Assembly: GCA_051362555.1 (NCBI GenBank)
Contig: CM120648.1
Span: 19,898,587 to 19,962,586, forward strand
DNA length: 64,000 bases
Origin: Lingula anatina
Lineage: Eukaryota; Animalia; Brachiopoda
Direction of reading: 5' to 3'
Shown: piece by piece, positions 60,794 to 64,000 of the stretch
Position numbering within the stretch: the stretch's first letter is position 1
Layout of the letters: each line of letters starts with the position of its first letter
The notes under the pieces: generated by a model
What the model saw: the letters and a program-made list of their open reading frames with translations, nothing else
The model's database searches: none
What the model was told of the DNA's origin: nothing
Translations under genes and position numbers: made by a program

Positions 60794-63700
60794 GCCAGAT
60801 AACATGCCACCAGTGGGTCACCTGTGGCTATAAACAGCAAACAGCCGCCGGTGGACCACTGGTGTACCGCTGGTGGTTAGCTGGTGGCAGGTTGCCGTTT
60901 ATAGCCGCCGGTGAGCCACTGGTGTAGGGCCTATTGCTGGTGGTTAGCTGGTGGCAGATTGCCGTTGGTAGGCCTAATGTAGCTGGTGACCGGTCCACCG
61001 GTGACCCATTCGCGATTTTCTCATCGTAATTGTTAAGTGTAGCTTTTTTTTTTTTTCAAATACGCGTATGTGTATTGTAATAACGTTACTTCATTTCGGC
61101 GGAAGTGTTTTTTTTTACCTTTGTTCACTCGTTTGGGAGTGCGCAATTTCCAAGCATTTCATTGGCCTATAAAATTTACGTGACGTAGACCTACTGCACG
61201 CGACGGCTGCACGTGACGTCTGCGTCGACCACTCTACTCCGCCTGACTGCTGCCACTGGGCTTCGATTTCACTATATTTCATGTAAAATAGGTAAGCCTA
61301 ATAATAATTAAATACACTGATTGCCAGATCTTTTCAATGTAGGCCTACATGAAGGAAAAATGTTGATTTATAAAACAGCTTTTTTAGAAATAAATTCTGG
61401 AAATTAGAACATTGTTATTGAGTGGAAGAAACAAAACGTGAAAGCTCCACCTAGGCCTACTATAGCCCTATAAGATATAGGCTAGGTATGAAAAAAATTG
61501 ATTATAAGATTCGTATTTTGTATTTGAAAGTCTGGTATTTTTTGCCTCTTGAAAAGATCGAGTCAATTAAAAGGTATATATTTTCAAAGGGTATATATTT
61601 TTTAAAAATAAAAATGTAGTTAATCAATGTGTTATGTAGGGTTTTCTGTGGCTTTTATTTAAGTAAATTTCATTTTAATAACAATTAAAATGGAAAAGAC
61701 CCATAACAGATTTATGAATTATATTGAAAACAATTGGAAAAAGTAAAGTTTGTATCTTAAAATAAACCTTGGGATATAACCAGTGAACATTGGCCCTTTT
61801 TCTTATGTGGTCTACCCTGAGTGTCAGAGCAACGTAAAAGCTAGCTTGCTAAATATACCTTGTGGAGTCGCTTTTACTAGTGCCTGGTATTGCTACTATG
61901 AGTTATATATGATATCAAGATCGAGCTGGCAATACTGGAATCTAGAACCTAGGGTAATGTGGTCCTGCCTAGCTAAATATTATTATTAAAATATCGGCAA
62001 AACGTCTGACATATGTAATGACTTGAAAACTGCGCTGCACTCCAACGAGACAGATGCGACTAATTGCTCATTCAATTTGGTAGTTGTGCCGCCACCTTTA
62101 TTTCTTATTTCAATTTATTAAACCCTTGACCCCAACGGCTCATCAGAATGGAATACAATGACAATATAAAGTCATATCAACGAACTACCACTACAACAAA
62201 AACTACTACTGATACAAATAATAATAATAATAATAACAATAATTCATTATACTGACGCTAATCTTAGCTCCGATGCACATTGTAGGTATTTCCCGAAGTT
62301 GTTTAATTGTGAGACATTGTTAAGTGATAATAATTTAATTAGTTTGAAGACTGCGAGCTTTTTGACCTTTTAATATATATATATATATATATATGAAGGC
62401 AGGGATCTTCTCTTGAAATAGTATTTATTTCAAAACATGTAGGCTTTACACATCACGGTCTCCTCTGCATTCACAGCAGCGAGGCGGTCCGGCTCGCTAA
62501 AATTCTCAAGAGACTTGCTTAAATTTGTAAAAATAAATAAATAAATAACTCTCGCTGAGATAAATTACTACTAACAGTATTTTTTTATTCAGGTTAACTA
62601 AAGATTATAAAGATGGTGAAGTAGCCATTCCTACGGATCATGTAGAAAGGTGATGACTAAGAAAATATATGGAAAAATTGGTCGTTTATAACTGACCAAT
62701 ATCTGGAGAAATAATACAGTTTACATTCAAGTTGTTTTGTGTTCTGACCACCAATATCTGGCATATGCATATTTGTCATATTAAGATTTTTTATGTGTTT
62801 TAAAAGGCAATTCGGTGTTAATTAAATTAAGACTAGCCATAAGGAAGTGCACATGGTGCATTTTGTGCGTTTTGGTAGTCATTTTAAGGTATTTTCATTA
62901 ATTCCAATCAGATTTCTTTACCGATAGGCCTAAAGTATTCGTATTATGGTTTTCAGAGATCGTTTCATCTTCACCACCCTCCTGCAGATAAAAGCTATGC
63001 TGAAGAATAACATTATTGTTCTTACAAGGTTAGAGCAAAGATTGAAACAGAACAGAAGTCCTGATGTCTCAACTGACGAGTTTGCCATTCCTATGGAGAC
63101 TAGAGAAGATGTGGCAAGGGTTGAAAACATACTTAAAGATAATCATAATGAAATTACTGGTAAGTTGAAAAAATAATAGTGTGATTAAAATTAATGTAGT
63201 GATTGTTGTGCTGAAGCTACATATGGAATAAATAATAAGTTGATTTTTAAAATAGTGGTTATTTGATAAATGATTAATATAACATTTTAATCTGAACACT
63301 TATCATTTGTTGTATGTATAGGGCCTATATATAAATGTGCTTTACTAATTAAGAATATTTTATATTTATTTCAAAGGTCAAACCACCTTGCCACACTGGG
63401 AGGGTTTTCCTCTTAGGAAATGGTACAGTGTAGATAGGATCATGTCTACTATTTTTAAAACTAACAGATTGCATGCCAGTGTAACTGGATTGGGAAGTGC
63501 GGAAAGGTTGCACTAAAAAACCTGGCCTTTACAAAAGCAATGGAATGTTTGCATTTCGTAATGATCAAATAATGTTTGCTTAGATATATTTTTACATATT
63601 AATTGTATTATAATTATCCTGAAGTAAAGTTACAGTTCAAAATGTAAAGGTTGTTTCTTCTGAACAACTTTGCCTTTTTATGCTTTTTAGATATATTCTC

Positions 63701-64000
63701 TTAAGGATAAACGCATATCAACCGATTTCTGTCCTTTGATGAGACCATTCCGTTTTGTAACTCCTTTTTGAACCATTTTTGTTTACTGTCCAATTTAGCA
63801 CTGTTAAGATAGGAGGATTAAGTTAAGTTTTTTTATATTTTCATAGATGCAGGTAGATCGAGAGCTACGGAGGCTGAATAAGACATGCATCAAATTGTGG
63901 CTCAAAAATGCGCATGATAGGGATGGCGGCAGAAAATTGAGGGAAATCAAAACAAGGAAAAAAGGAGGTAAATAAACACACTGGACAAAAGAAGTGTCAC
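60794..64000 (+). mobile_element. Left part of a CACTA/EnSpm-like element
   Basis: ccagataac terminus-like start, ccactggtg/gctggtggc subterminal repeats, and downstream DUF4806-like remnant. Confidence 0.55.
62957..63972 (+). pseudogene. Spliced DUF4806-like CACTA accessory ORF, disrupted
   Basis: PMETREDVARVENIL, VNHLATLGG, CNWIGKCGK, WLKNAHDRDGGR in successive exon-like pieces with stops and shifts. Confidence 0.7.

Noticed and set aside
1-64000. tRNA/rRNA genes or prokaryotic operons
   Set aside because: None recognisable; gene structure is spliceosomal throughout.

Overview
AT-rich eukaryotic (metazoan invertebrate) genomic DNA with spliceosomal introns and dense, nested transposons; the taxon cannot be fixed from sequence alone. 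Main result: 11 + strand exons (2404-25893) splice in compatible phases into one stop-free frame of about 840 codons (N-terminus lies upstream of the window). It encodes a Roc GTPase (WDFAGQ, GTHKD), a COR dimerisation domain and then a complete caspase (SHG, QACQG, SWR), i.e. a Roco-caspase fusion; the COR-caspase junction depends on a 50-nt linker exon with a GC donor. Further along are a cysteine-rich fibrinogen-related exon (+) and two exons of an 11-beta-HSD1-like SDR (-), each gene frameshifted by the same kind of +4 palindromic insertion (AG-CT-AG, TT-AA-TT). The rest is Helentron-type HINEs, CACTA/EnSpm-like, Tc1/mariner, Harbinger, Academ-like and foldback elements, Gypsy/DIRS/LINE remnants and minisatellites. 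Exon models and family calls are by-eye inferences; no database search was run.
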